Source: Octopus sinensis (taxonomy: Eukaryota). From it: 62,416 bases of DNA. A program made the position numbers and the translations under genes. Positions within the stretch are counted from its first letter, which is position 1, and every line of letters starts with the position of its first letter. This document shows positions 13,803 to 26,419 of the stretch, one piece after another. Under the pieces are notes generated by a model. That model saw nothing but the letters and a program-made list of their open reading frames with translations, searched no databases and was not told the DNA's origin. The DNA lies in the NCBI RefSeq assembly GCF_006345805.1, contig NW_021832006.1:1-62416 (forward strand). Reading direction: 5' to 3'.

Positions 13803-14270
13803 TTAGCGCCCGCTTTCCATGCTAGCATGGGTTGGACGGTCCAACTGGGGTCTGGGAAGCCAGAAGACTGCACCAGGCCCAGTCTGATCTGGCAATGTTT
13901 CTACGGCTGGATGCCCTTCCTAACGCCAACCACTCCGTGAGCGTAGTGGGTGCTTTTTACGTGCCACCAGCACGGGGGCGAGGCGAGGCTGGCAAACAGC
14001 CATGGTCGAATGGTGCTTTTTATGTGCTACCTGCACGGGGGCCAGGCGAGGTTGGCAATGGCCACAATCGGATGGTGCTTTTTACGTGCCCCTGGCATGA
14101 GGCCAGTCGGGGCGGCACTGGCAAAGGCCACGTTCGGATGGTTCTCTTATGTGCCACCGGCACTGGTATCAGAGCTGCAATTTCCATTGATGTTGATCGA
14201 TTTCGATTCTCACTTGCCTCAACAGGTCTTCACAAGTAGAGTTTTGTGTCCCAAGAAGGAAAGGTATGCA
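13772..14270 (-). mobile_element. RTE LINE 3'UTR with ~60-bp internal repeats
   Basis: Same family as 59130-60243. Confidence 0.8.
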
Positions 14271-14473
14271 TATGTGTCCCGAAAACAGATCAAGAAATGA
14301 AATAATCGTGATACACCTGAATCAATGGATTCAGGTGGCAAAACTGTTGGCTTTTACCTGTACTTGTTGTTGGTCACATAGAGTTTCTTCTTTAAACATG
14401 CAAATGTATATAAATTTAAATGTATGTTAAATGGATATTAAAGAGGCTATCTTTTGTTTTCAATACTTTCCAG

Positions 14474-14560
14474 CAATGTAGAAAAAGGACAAGCTTTGAA
14501 ACTGGTCCGCAAACTGGAAGAAATCATGAAGCTTCCTTCTGGAACGTTCTCTGGTATCAG
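14474..14560 (+). CDS. PTPRN: Internal coding exon (87 bp, phase 2-2) of an IA-2/phogrin-family receptor protein tyrosine phosphatase, SEA-like ectodomain
   Basis: Acceptor ttttcaatactttccag, donor AG|gtaagt. Open frame NVEKGQALKLVRKLEEIMKLPSGTFSGI resembles IA-2 GVKLLEILAEHVHMSSGSFINI (recalled, not searched). Splices in frame to 55251-55330. Confidence 0.8.
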
Positions 14561-14630
14561 GTAAGTTTTTCTCTCTTCTCTTCTATTTCTTTTTTACTCC
14601 ATCTTTGCCTGTCATCATTCTCTACATATA

Positions 14631-14988
14631 TCTTTATATATATAAACGGCAAAATGTCTGTCTGTGTGTGTGTCCTTTATACAAATCCACAATTTTTCAG
14701 TTAGAGGGCTCGCACTTTCTATGGTCATTCAAAACCGTCCAAGGGGGGGTCGTGCACATCTTTACATTTCTCTAGTCACCCTGCAAAGCCATTAAAAAAT
14801 CAATAGAAGTGAATTTTCTATCCAAAACCCAATCAAAATGCCCAAAACTTGATACGCCAATTGAATGCCAGCTAGCTGTATGTGATTGGTCAGAGATTTG
14901 GACAGTACTCGTGTGTATGTGTGCACGCATGCAGCTGTATATGCATGCACTTGCACTATCACCCGGCGTTGCCAGGTCATAGTGCTAG
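14631..14988 (+). mobile_element. Non-autonomous Helitron
   Basis: A|TC start (tctttatatatataaa), subterminal hairpin acccggcgttgccaggt, CTAG|T end, no TSD. Confidence 0.7.
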
Positions 14989-15164
14989 TGTAGTATAAAG
15001 AAAGAGAGAAAGTATCAGCTGAATATATTTATTTCACCATTAGACATCCATATAATAATGATTATTTTGCAGTTTTGTTTTCGTTTACTATGAGGTTTGT
15101 TGCTATTAAAGGAGCTTTTTCATGAATATCACCTGATTACTGAAATCCATATATTCTACATTAA

Positions 15165-15762
15165 ATCGGCTTGCAAAGACCTGTTGAGGCAAGTGAAATC
15201 AATCAAAAGCAAAAGCAAATTCGATGACTGGCATCCGTGCTAGCAGGGTGCAAAGAGCACTATACGAGCATGATCATTGACAGAGCGGCTCACCAGCTTC
15301 TGTGTCAGTGGCATTTAAAGGGGACCATTCAAGTGTGATCATTACCAGTGTCGCCTTACTGGCGCTTGTGCCCATGCTAGTAGGGTGCCAAGAGCACCAT
15401 CCGAGCATGAGCGTTGCCAGAGCAGCCAATTGGCTTCCGTACCTGTGGCACATAAAAGGGCACCATTCGGGCGTGATCGTTACCAACGTCGCCTTACTGG
15501 CACCTGTGCTGGTGGCATGTGCAAAAGGATTTGAGCGAGGTCATTGCCAGTACCACCTCACTGGCCCCCGTGCCGGTGGCACGTAAAAAGCACCCACTAC
15601 ACTCTCAGAGTGGTTGGCGTTAGGAAGGGCATCCAGCTGTAGAAACTTGGCCAAATACAGATTGGGGCCTGGTGCAGCCATCTGGTTCGCCAGCCCTCAG
15701 TCACAATCATCCAATCCATGCTAGCATGGAAAGTGGACATTAAGCGATGATGATAATGATGA
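15165..15762 (+). mobile_element. RTE LINE 3'UTR, variant subfamily
   Basis: Shared gtggttggcgttaggaagggcatccagctg motif and (GAT)n tail. Confidence 0.7.
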
Positions 15763-15814
15763 TATGGCACTTGGTCGAGTACATATGTTAATTATCAAAT
15801 TTAAAACTTGAAAT

Positions 15815-15888
15815 ACTATACTGAGGAAGGGAATAAGTGAGTAGAAATATGATTTTACATCTTTTTAACCTAGAAACGCGTATACAGT
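15815..15888 (+). ncRNA. Type I hammerhead, canonical core, long stem II
   Basis: ACTATA CTGAGGA AGG...gtagaa/ttttac...CCT a GAAA CGCG TA TACAGT. Stem I has one mismatch. Confidence 0.55.
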
Positions 15889-16180
15889 TAATCAAAGCCG
15901 GCTGGATTCGTTATTTTTTCTCTTTACTTGCATGAGTTGTTGAGTATTGCTGTCTGGGAGATATCTTATGGTAGTGGAATAGTATTTAACTGCTATTTCT
16001 AAATTTCGGTATGTGGTGAGCAAAGTTTGCTGAACCCTAATTATAATTATGCTTATAATTATAGAATTTTTGTATAAGGTTACCGATAATGGTTCTTTTA
16101 ACATACCAAACTACTTGGTAAAATTATTAATTATTAATTAATTAATTTTACCCTTAATTATTATTATTATTATATATATA

Positions 16181-16408
16181 GTCGCCATGATAGATCGTTA
16201 GCTACTACACACATTTTTTTTCTCTCCTTTTTTCTCTCCTTTTTTTCTCTCCTCGTTTCTCTCCTTGTTTTTTCTGTGTCCCTTTCTGTAGAAGAGCGTA
16301 GGCTCAACACGTAAAAGACTTTTTCTATTCCTGAGCGTTATACTAATACATCTGTTTGTTTTGTACACCACCTGTCTTCGTCTTTTGTTTTTTTCGTAAA
16401 CTCTCCCT
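16181..16408 (+). mobile_element. HHR element family A; motif at 16282-16317, GAAA decayed
   Basis: CTTT CTGTAGA A GAGC gtag GCTC aaca CG TA AAAG, between (TA)n tracts. Confidence 0.7.
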
Positions 16409-16425
16409 ATATATATATATATATA

Positions 16426-16960
16426 TATAATACAAATAAGAAAATGGAGAAATAATTTAGTTGGTTCATCAGCTTTCGGATATTAGGATGTTGACTTATT
16501 TATTTATTTAACAAAAACGGGAACCTTGTTTCATGTATTTATATTTTTAAAGTTCTTTATAATCTCTGACGAGGCCTATGGTTATATAAAAGTACCCTAT
16601 TTTTAAATGCCTACAACCTCAATATAATTGACAACTATGGGTACTGAAAAACTACTTTTTCCATAGGCTGAAACAGCTGTAAGAGTGATTTTAATGATGT
16701 TAATGATTTTAATGATTTCAATAATCTATATTAAGATTTTTATAATAGTATTCTTATCTTATATGCATTGAATTATAATGTGTATATGTATGTTATTAAG
16801 GTTCTCGTTTTTGTTAAATAACGGTGCCCCAGCATGGCCACAGCTCGTGAACTGAAACTAGATAAAAAAATAAAATAAAATAAAAATAAAGTCAACATTC
16901 TAATATCAGAAAGCTGATGAACCAACTAAATTGTTTTTCCATTTCCTTATTGGTATTATA
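16426..16960. mobile_element. Fold-back HHR element with ~100-bp inverted arms
   Basis: Arms 16426-16527 and 16798-16960. The right arm is interrupted by a short retroposed tail. Confidence 0.7.
16563..16684 (+). ncRNA. Type I hammerhead, canonical core, extended stem II
   Basis: TCT CTGACGA GGCCTATGG...agtaccc/gggtact...CCATAGGCT GAAA CAGCTG TA AGA. Confidence 0.7.
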
Positions 16961-17177
16961 AATTAATGGTAAAATATTTCTTTCACCAATTTAATACAAT
17001 AAGTAAGTTAATTGCATTGCAATTAAAAACACTTGTGTATTAATAATTTGGGTATTATATAACAGTATATTGGATAAATATTATCTCTTAGTGTGTTGGA
17101 TCCATAACCCCTAACTTACTTGGTGTTCACGCATTTTTCTTCTCTCCTTGTTTCTCTCCTTGTTTCTTTTCTGTGTA

Positions 17178-17215
17178 TCTTTCTGTCGAAGAGCGTAGGC
17201 TCGAAACGTAAAAGA
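17178..17215 (+). ncRNA. Minimal hammerhead, U6 variant; best family A copy
   Basis: TCTTT CTGTCGA A GAGC gtag GCTC GAAA CG TA AAAGA. Confidence 0.65.
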
Positions 17216-17317
17216 CTTGTTTTATTTCTATTCCTGAGCGCCATACTAATATAATTATTTGTTTGTACTCCACCTGCCTTCGTCTTTAGTTTATTTTCGT
17301 AAACCTTCCTGTTATAT

Positions 17318-17361
<44 letters not shown>

Positions 17362-17844
17362 TCCGATGAACTTCTTTCAGTTTCTGTTTATCAGATCCAC
17401 TCACTAGACTTTGGTCGATCCAAGGCTATAGTAGAAGACACTTGCCCAAGGTGTCACGCTGTGGGACTGAACCCAGAACCATGTGGTTGGGAAACAAGCT
17501 TTTTACCACCCAGCCATGCCCTGCACCCGTTTCTTTATATTTATATATATATTTTTTTGTATGTGACTCCCTACATTACCCAAAAGAAGACTTCAACATT
17601 TACATCCCGCAACACAAGCCAGGGACCAAATAGTAAAAGGAGAGAACCCACCTCAAAACCCTTTTTGCTTTGTTTAGGGCCCATTATTGAAGGAAGAGAG
17701 TCTGTGAAAGCCTTTGTCTTTCTTATACCTTGTGGTATTGGCTCTGGCTGTCCACCTCCTGAACGAAAATCCCTACTTAAAGATAGAGAGGTAGCAAGTG
17801 AGAAAGAGGGAGAGAGAGAAAAGGAGAAAGAATGTGAAGAAGTG

Positions 17845-18855
17845 TGAGTAGTTGTAGTAGTAGTGGTGGTGGTGGTGGTGGCTGTAAATGTGTTGAGGTG
17901 GTGGTCATGGCAGTCAGCAATGGCTGTAGTACTGGTGGTAGTGGAGGCAGGTGGTGGTGGTGTGTCTCGATAGAGGGAGGAGTGGAAGAGGTGTTCATGG
18001 TGCTGGTATTAACTGAGGTTGTGGTGGTAGTGGTAATTGTGGTGGTTGTAGCGGTGTCAGTGTTGGTGGTGGTGATGTTATTGTTGTTAGTCGCGGCATT
18101 GGTGAGGATGGTGGTGGTTTTGATGGAGACGACAGTGGTGATGGTGGTGGTGACAACGCTGGTGGTGGGTATGATGATGGTGGTAGTGGTTGCAGCGGCG
18201 CTGGTGATGTGAGTGATAGTGCTAGTGGTGAGTGCGATGATGATGGTGGTGGTGGTGGTAGTGATGGTGGTGGTGGTAGCGGTGGTGGTGGTGGCAGTGC
18301 TGTTAGTGGGTATGATGATGGTGGTGGTGGTGGCAACACTGGTGGTGGGTATGATGATGGTGGTGGTGGTGGTGGTGGTGGTGGCAGTGCTGTTGGTGGG
18401 TATGATGATGGTGGTGGTGGTGGTGGTGGTGGCAGTGCTGTTGGTGGGTATGATGATGGTGGTGGTGGTGGTGGTGGTGGCAGTGCTGTTGGTGGGTATG
18501 ATGATGGTGGTGGTGTGGTGGTGGTGGTGGTGGTGGCAACACTGGTGGTGGGTATGATGATGATGGTAGTGAATGCAGTGCTAGTGGTGAGTGTGATGAT
18601 GGTGGTGGTGGTGGTCGTAGCAGTACTGTTGGTGTGTACGATGATGGTGGTAGTGATGGTAGTGCTAGTGGTGAGTGTGATGATGATGATGGTGGTGGTG
18701 GTGGTGGTGGTGGTGGCAGTGCTGATGGTGGGTATGATGATGGTGGTAGTGGTTGCGGTAGCGCTGGTGGTGAGTGTGATGATGATGATGATGATGGTGG
18801 TAGTGATGGTAGTGCTAGTGGTGAGTGCGATGATGGTGGTGGTGGTGGTGGTGAT
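17845..18855. repeat. (GGT/GAT)n compound repeat
   Basis: Direct reading. Source of the Gly/Val/Pro-rich pseudo-ORFs. Confidence 0.9.
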
Positions 18856-19064
18856 ACTCCAAGAAAAGTCACATGACTGTGTCTCTGTGTTCTTTTGGGC
18901 AGAGAATAATTTGTTTAGGTTTCATGTATGGCTGACTTTTGAAGGAGATTCATGGTGTGTGTGTGTGTATGTGTGTGTGTGTGTATGGTTACATGTGTGT
19001 GTGTCTAAGTGTATGAAAGTTACATGCTTCAATGTGTTTGCATTAACTTTTAAAGGAGGTACAG

Positions 19065-19590
19065 CATGTGTGAGTGAGTGTGTGGTTGTGTGAGTGTGTG
19101 CATGTGAGTGGTTGTGTGAGTGTGTGTGTGCATGTGTGTGGTTGTGTGAGTGTGTGTGTGCATGTGTATGGTTGTGTGAGTGTGTGTTTGTGTGTGCATG
19201 TGTGTGGTTGTGTGAGTGTGTGTGTGTGTGCATGTGTGTGGTTGTGTGAGTGTGTGTGTGTGTGTGCATGTGTGTGGTTGTGTGAGTGTGTGTGTGTGCA
19301 TGTGTGTGGTTGTGTGAGTGTGTGTGTGTGCATGTGTGTGGTTGTGTGAGTGTGTGTGTGTGCATGTGTGTGGTTGTGTGTGAGTGTGTGTGTGTGTGTG
19401 TGCATGTGTGTGGTTGTGTGAGTGTGTGTGTGTGCATGTGTGTGGTTGTGTGAGTGTGTGTGTGTGTGTGCATGTGTGTGGTTGTGTGAGTGTGTGTGTG
19501 TGCATGTGTGTGGTTGTGTGAGTGTGTGTGTGTGTGTGCATGTGTGTGGTTGTGTGAGTGTGTATGTGCATGTGTGTGGTTGTGTGTGTA
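19065..19590. repeat. GT-rich minisatellite (gtgcatgtgtgtggttgtgtgagt unit)
   Basis: Direct reading. Confidence 0.9.
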
Positions 19591-20009
19591 TTGCCTATGT
19601 GTGTATGTGCATATCAGTGTATGTTTGTACATGCGTGTGATTGTATATGTGTATAATTGTGAATGTGTGTGTGCTTGTGATTGGTTGTATGTGTGCACAT
19701 GTCTCTGTGTATAAGTGCGTGTCTGTATGCATGTGTGTGATTGGTTGTGTGTGTGGTCGTGTATATGTGTATGTATTGCATATATGTGTATATATGTGTA
19801 TATATGTGCGTATTTAACAGCACATAAAGCTGTGTGTTGTGTGTGTATTGTCAATGTGTGGGTGTATGTGCATTTGTGATTGTGTATGTGTGTGCATATC
19901 GTCTACGTGTGTATGTGCAAATTTTTGCATATGTGTATTTGTGTGCATTTGGTTGTGTATGCATGTATGTATTCATGTATTTGTAAATGGATGTATATGT
20001 GAGCTGGAT

Positions 20010-20175
20010 GTACGCAGGAGTGGCTGTGTGGTAAGTAGCTTGCTAACCAACCACATGGTTCCAGGTTCAGTCCCACTGCATGGCATCTTGGGCAAGTGTT
20101 TTCTGCTATAGCCCCGGGCCAACCAATGCCTTGTGAGTGGATTTGGTAGATGGAAACTGAAAGAAGCCCGTCGTA

Positions 20176-20216
<41 letters not shown>

Positions 20217-20440
20217 ATGTGTGTGTGTTTGTGTGTCTGTGTTTGTCCCCCTAGCATTGCTTGACAACCGATGCTGGTGTGTTTATGTCTGTCACTTAGC
20301 GGTTAGGCAAAAGAGACCGATAGAATAAGTACTGGGCTTACAAAGAATAAGTCCTGGGGTCGAGTTGCTCGATTAAAGGCGGTGCTCCAGCATGGCCACA
20401 GTCAAATGACTGAAACAAGTAAAGGAGTAAAAGAGTAAAA
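20010..20440 (+). mobile_element. SINE family B, full length
   Basis: Matches 8282-8695. Confidence 0.85.
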
Positions 20441-20452
20441 GAGATATATATG

Positions 20453-20750
20453 TGAAGGCACATGGCTCAGTGGTTAGAACGCCGGGCTCACAATTGTGTG
20501 GTAGTGAGTTTGATTCCCAAACTGAGCTGTGTGTTATACTCTTGAGCAAGACACTTTGTTTCAGCTGTAGAAATGTGTTGCAATGTCACTGGTGCCAAGC
20601 TGTATTGGCCCCTTTTGCCTTTCCCTTGGATAACATCATTGGTGTGAAGAGGAGGAGGCTGGTATGTACGGGTGACTGCTGGTCTTCCATAAACAACCTT
20701 GCCTGGCCTTGTACCTCAGAGGGGAACTTTCATGACTGAAGTGAGTCTTT
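20453..20750 (+). mobile_element. CORE-like SINE
   Basis: Matches 12184-12520. Confidence 0.75.
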
Positions 20751-21021
20751 ACCCATTTAAATATATATATATATAAACATTGAGTAGATGAAACCATGGC
20801 AACTGAAGAAGCGGTTTTTTCCTTGTGTTATTTGTCCTGTACTCTATTTTTTCGTTGTTTAAGAAAAATGTCCAGTTCCTTGGGTTTGTGTCTATGTTTT
20901 CGTTTCTCATTGTGTTCGACGTTTTTTTGGTGTCCTCTACTCATATATGCGTGTATATATACATGTAGAGGTAGGTACGTACATATATGTATATATATAT
21001 ATGCATATGTTTTATTTATTA

Positions 21022-21065
<44 letters not shown>

Positions 21066-21090
21066 GATATATTTATGTATGTGTGTGTAT

Positions 21091-21628
21091 TATTGGCTTG
21101 TCCGGAAAGTTCATGCCAATTTATAGTAGCTTACCTTTCGACTTATTTTAGAACATGGTTGAGTCCATAAAATAGGATTTGACTACACCTCCATTTAGAG
21201 CACAGTTTAAGCTATCTTTTCGTGGAAGAAGCTTTATGTTCCTATAACCTGTGTTAACCCTGTAACCCTTTAAAATGGAAGATAAGAAAGTTTGTTTTCA
21301 GCACTTGATGCTTTGGGAACCAGACAAAAATTGCTGCAGCTCGGCTGGGATGTGTTACCCCACCCTCCATATTCATCAGATATTGCTCTTTCAGATTTCC
21401 ACTTATTCAGGTCTCTGCAGAATAGTCTTAATGGTAAAAATTTCAATTCCTTGGATGACGTAAAAAGATACCTTGATGAATTCTTTACCATGAAACCACC
21501 TGAATTCTGGGAAGAGGGTTGTGCAACAAAATGCTTCATATTTGGTTGATTAAAAATGTAATGGCAAGTATTTATTGACCTTTGGCTTTCCTTTAAAAGT
21601 CGGCATGAACTTTCTGGACAACCCAACA
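21091..21628 (+). mobile_element. Internally deleted mariner with both TIRs
   Basis: TIRs ttggcttgtccggaaagttcatgcc / ggcatgaactttctggacaacccaa. N-terminal MEDKKVCF is fused to WDVLPHPPYSSDIALSDFHLFRSLQN. Confidence 0.85.
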
Positions 21629-21767
21629 TATATATGTGCATGCATGTGTGTGTTTGTCCCACTGCTCTCCACACCTTAACTGTTGTCGCTTGGTTTACAT
21701 CTTTTTCAAAACTTAGCAGTTTAGCAATTAGAGAACGATAGAACAAATAGCCATCTTAAATCATTAA

Positions 21768-22073
21768 GTTTGTTTGTTCCTTCTCGAACCATGCCTGGCT
21801 CATAAGGGCCGGTTTCCTGGTTTCCTTGGCGTATAGGTTCCCCACCTGGACGTGATGCCTGCCCATCACAGGTGAGCTGCAGGATGCAGGAGGAAAGAGT
21901 GAGAGAAAGTTGTGGCGAAAGAGTCAGCAGAAGTTCGCCTTTACCTCCTGCCGGAGCTGAGTGGAGCTTAGGTGTTTCGCTCATAAAATCACACATCGCC
22001 AAGTCTGAGATTTGAACCCGCGATCCCTCAACTGCGAGTCCACTGCTCTAACCACTAGGCAATGTGCCTCCAC
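21768..22073 (-). mobile_element. Chimeric SINE (tRNA head, family C middle, family D-type tail)
   Basis: Middle matches 60700-60780. Tail matches 35430-35510. Confidence 0.65.
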
Positions 22074-23732
22074 AAATCATTAAGTAGTGAGGGTTACTCT
22101 TCTACTCTTCTACTTGTTTCAATCATTTGACTGTGGCCAAGCTGGAGCACCGCCTTTAGTCAAGCAAATCGACCCCAGGACTTATTCTTTGTAAGCCTAG
22201 TACTTATTCTCTCAGTGTCTTTTGCTGAACCGCTAAGTTACGGGTTATTTTTTTTCCTACTAAAATCCTTGAACACAGTGCTCCCGCATGGCCACACCTC
22301 AATGACATGAACAAGTTAAAGAATATAAGAGCAAAAAGATAAAGTGCTAATAATGGTTTGAAATTTTGGCCCATGGCCAACGGTTTAGAAGAAAGGGGCT
22401 ACATCGATCCTGGTGTTCAACTGGTACTTAATTTATTGGCTGTGAAGGGATGAAAGGAAAAAACTGACCTTTGTGGAATTTGAACTCAGAACCTAAAGAG
22501 CAAAAATGGTTTGTAGTAACATTGATGGTAGTGGTATGGCAATGGGTTGGTCAAGGGTGATGCTTAGTACTTCCTGTGTTGTTTGTTCTGAAGAGAGACC
22601 GGGAGAGGGGAGTAGGAGGAAAAGACGAGGGAGGGGAGCAGGGAGAGGGAGAGAGGAGAAAAAAGAGTGAGACAGGAGACACAGACAGGGAGAGAGGGGG
22701 ACAGAAGGTGGTCCTTGAAATTGGAAAAGAAGTAAGAAGAGAAGAAGTAAGAAGAGAAGAAGAAAGAAGGGAAGAGAGAGAGAGAGAGAGAGAGAGAGAA
22801 GGAGGTGTGGAGTGATGAAGAAGGGTAAATGGATGGGTGTGTTGGTGGGAGAGAAGTGGAAGAATTCATGATGGTAGTGGTGGTGGTGGTGACTGTGATG
22901 GTGATAATGTTGATGGTGATGCTGATGGTGGTGCTGATGGTGGTGATGGCAGCAGAAATGCCGCTGCCGAAGATGGCGGTGTTAGGGAGTATGGTGGTGG
23001 TGGTGGTGGTGGTGATGGTGGTGGTGGTGGTGGTGGTGTTGGTGGTGGTGTTGGTGGTGCTATTGGTGGTGGTGTTGCTGGTGGTGTTGCTGGTGGTGGT
23101 GGTGTTGGTGGTGGTGTTGGTGTTGGTGGTGGTGGTGGTGTTGCTGATGGTGGTGGTGGTGGTCGTCGTCGTGGTCGTGGTGGTGGTCGTGGTCGTGGTC
23201 GTGGTCGTGGTGTTGTTGTTGTTGGTGGTGGTGGTGTTGGTGGTAGTGTTGGTGGTCGTGGTAGTCGTGGTGGTGGTGTTGGTGGTGGTGGGTCGTGGTG
23301 TGTTGCCAAAGTGGAGGGTAGCCAGAATTCCAGGAAGTTCTTGTCACATTAAGAATCAGTGAGGTAAAATAACAACAGCTCATGGACAGGAACAGCAATA
23401 ACAACAACAACAAAAACAACAACAGCATAAAAAAAACAACAAAAATGACTGCAGAAACGACTGCAACAAGAACAACAATAAGAAAACAAAACAGCAGCAG
23501 CTACAGAAACTCCATCAACTATAAGAAAGGTGATAATGATAATGAAGGTAGTAATAAAAATAAAGATGACGATAATAATAATAATTATAACAGTAATAAT
23601 AATAATAATAATAGTAATAATAACAGTAATAATAACAATAATAATAATAAGAATAATAAGAATAATAATTATAATAATAATAATAACAGTATTAATAACA
23701 ATAATAATAATAATAATAATAATAATAGCAAT

Positions 23733-24190
23733 AAAGTTTGCTTATTGATCGACATGAGCATCCCCTGTGATCATAATATCTCAGCGAAAGAGTTTGACAA
23801 GCTCAGAAAATATAAAGACCTACTCATTGAAATTGAGAAAATATGGCATCTCAAGGCGGTTACAATACCAGTGATCATAGGAGCACTAGGAATGATCAAG
23901 AAGGGAACCGAAAATTATATGAGAATGATCCCTGGCTTACCATCCCTGCAAGAAGTGCAAAAGATTGTCTTTACTGGTACATCACACGTATTGAGAAGAG
24001 CATTGTCGATGTGAGAACTGTTGCTGCTCATGTATTTTAATTTAACTTGAAAAAAAAAAAAAAAAAAAATGAACGAACTATTGAGTTTGGTTTAATGGCT
24101 TTCCAATGTATACTATGAGTTTCTTTGCCCTAGGAGTCGGGAAGACACTCGGCAAGAAATGGAAGCAAATTTGAAAGAAGAAAAAAAAAT
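23733..24190 (+). mobile_element. 5'-truncated R4/Dong-clade LINE in (TAA)n
   Basis: KVCLLIDMSIPCDHNISAKEFDKLRKYKDLLIEIEKIWHLKAVTIPVIIGALG...TSHVLRRAL. Confidence 0.85.
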
Positions 24191-24249
24191 AGTAATAATA
24201 ATAATAATAGTAATAATAATAATAATAATATTAACAGTAATAATAATAA

Positions 24250-24675
24250 TTCCTAGGAATTCCTAGAGACTTGGATAATTCACCTCTGGAAACATGGGCT
24301 GACGATATGTGCATCTCTGATCATGAGCAGAAGTAGTGGGGGAGCATCATAGCCATGTGTTGAGAGGAATTCTTTGGGGTTTTAATAATTCACCTTTGGA
24401 GATATAGCTGTTTTCCACAACATCCTTAAACAATCCTTATTCCGGGACCTTTTGAGTGGGATGGGCTACTCGACCAGTAGAAAATTGTAATTGGGCCCCA
24501 CCTGCAAGATCATGTGCTGTTTATCTTGATATGAGATCACCATGTCGCGCAAATATGGTTGTGATGCATGTGCCTAGTGTACCCTTATCAGATGGGTAGT
24601 CATGGTGGGTATACTGGGCTTCGTATATTTAACCCCAGTGTCACTATGATGGCATGTACTGCTCTCTCACTCAAT
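24250..24675 (+). mobile_element. Unclassified retroposon 3' end in (TAA)n
   Basis: Shares its 3' ~220 bp and terminus gctctctcactc with 26420-26642. Confidence 0.6.
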
Positions 24676-24898
24676 GATGATGATGATGATGATGATGATA
24701 ATAATAATAATAATAATAATGATAATAATAATAATAATAATAATGATAATAATAATAGTAATAATAATTGTTTCAAATTTTTTTCCACAAGGGCAGCTTT
24801 GGGGAGGGAATCAAGTCAATTACATTGACCCCAGTGTATAACTGGTACTTGTTTTATTGACCCTAAAAAGATGAAAGGCAAATAATAATAATATAATA

Positions 24899-24939
<41 letters not shown>

Positions 24940-25140
24940 GTAATAATAGTAATAATAATAATAGTAAAAATAATAACAGTAATAACAATAATAATAATAA
25001 TACTAATAATAGTAATAATAATAATAATAATAACAATAATAATAATAACAGTAATAATAGTAATAATAATGATAATAATAATAACAATAATAATAATAAC
25101 AGTAATAATAATAATGATAATAACAATAATATTAACAGTA

Positions 25141-25197
<57 letters not shown>

Positions 25198-25691
25198 GGG
25201 GCAAGTGAAATCGAAATCGAAATTGAACCAATCCTATGACTGGTGCTCGGCAGTTGCCAGGACCGCTGGACTGACTCCTGTGCAGGTGGCAAGTGAAGAA
25301 ACACCATTTCAAACCTGTGCTTCAGGAGATCCATTGAGTCAAGTACACCAACATCAAAATCAATGGAAACTGCAGTTGTGATCCCTGAGCCGGTGGCACA
25401 TAAAAAGCACCATCCGAATCATGGCCGATGCCAGTGCCACCGCGTTTGGCTTTTGTGCCGGTGGCACGTAAAATGCACCGATCCGATCGTGGCCGTTGCC
25501 AGACCCGCCTGGCACCTGTGCAGGTGGCACGTAAAAAGCACCCACTACACTCACGGAGTGGTTGGTGTTAGGAAGGGCATCCAGCTGTAGAAACACTGCC
25601 AGATCAGACTGGAGCCTGGTGCAGCCTTCTGGCTTCCCAGACCCCAGTTGAACCGTCCAACCCATGCTAGCATGGAGAACGGATGTTAAAC

Positions 25692-25721
<30 letters not shown>
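25198..25721 (+). mobile_element. RTE LINE 3'UTR
   Basis: Family match and (GAT)n tail. Confidence 0.8.
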
Positions 25722-25773
<52 letters not shown>

Positions 25774-25969
25774 ATTATTATTATTATCATCATAATCCTT
25801 TTTGCAATAGGCAGAAGGCCTGAAATTTGGGAGAGGGGACTAGTTGATCACATTGATTCCGACTGGATGAGAGGCAAAGTCAACCCTGGTGGAATTTGAA
25901 CTGAGAACGTAGCTAAAATACCACTAAGCATTTTGTCCAGCAAGCTAACGATTCTGCCAGCTCACTGCC

Positions 25970-26013
<44 letters not shown>

Positions 26014-26017
<4 letters not shown>

Positions 26018-26378
26018 TATCAATACCGGCCGATGACAACGTGTCTCTAAAAGAAATGGAGAAACTCACAAAATACAAAGACCTGGAAATAGAGGTAACT
26101 AGAATGTTGAATCTAAAAACAGAAACAATTCCTATCATAGTAGGCGCATTAGGCATGATAAAAAAATATTCAGACAAATACATAACAAAAACACCAGTAC
26201 TAACAAATATATATAACATACAGAAAATTGCACTACTAGGCACTGCACACATCCTACGCAGAACACTTTCCATACAATAACCATCAGAGCATCACAACAA
26301 ATCACAGCACATACCCAAGGCACACAGAGCTGCGCTTGGTAGTGAAGTGAAAGCATGCTATAAAAATAAAACTACTGA
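26014..26378 (+). mobile_element. 5'-truncated R4/Dong-clade LINE in (TAA)n
   Basis: VSIPADDNVSLKEMEKLTKYKDLEIEV...IPIIVGALG...LLGTAHILRRTL. Confidence 0.85.
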
Positions 26379-26383
26379 ATAAC

Positions 26384-26419
<36 letters not shown>

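Noticed and set aside
17652-17775. Minus-strand exon-like segment (RDFRSGGGQPEPIPQGIRKTKAFTDSLPSIMGPKQSKKGFE|gtgggt)
   Set aside because: The splice signals are plausible, but the acceptor derives from a GA repeat, the peptide is unrecognised and it is antisense to the PTPRN-like gene. An antisense gene cannot be excluded without RNA data.
18209-19093. Long Gly/Val/His/Thr/Ile-rich ORFs here and at 4209, 10003, 22837, 27036, 54328 and elsewhere
   Set aside because: They are translations of stop-free microsatellites, open in several frames on both strands, with no splice or domain support.
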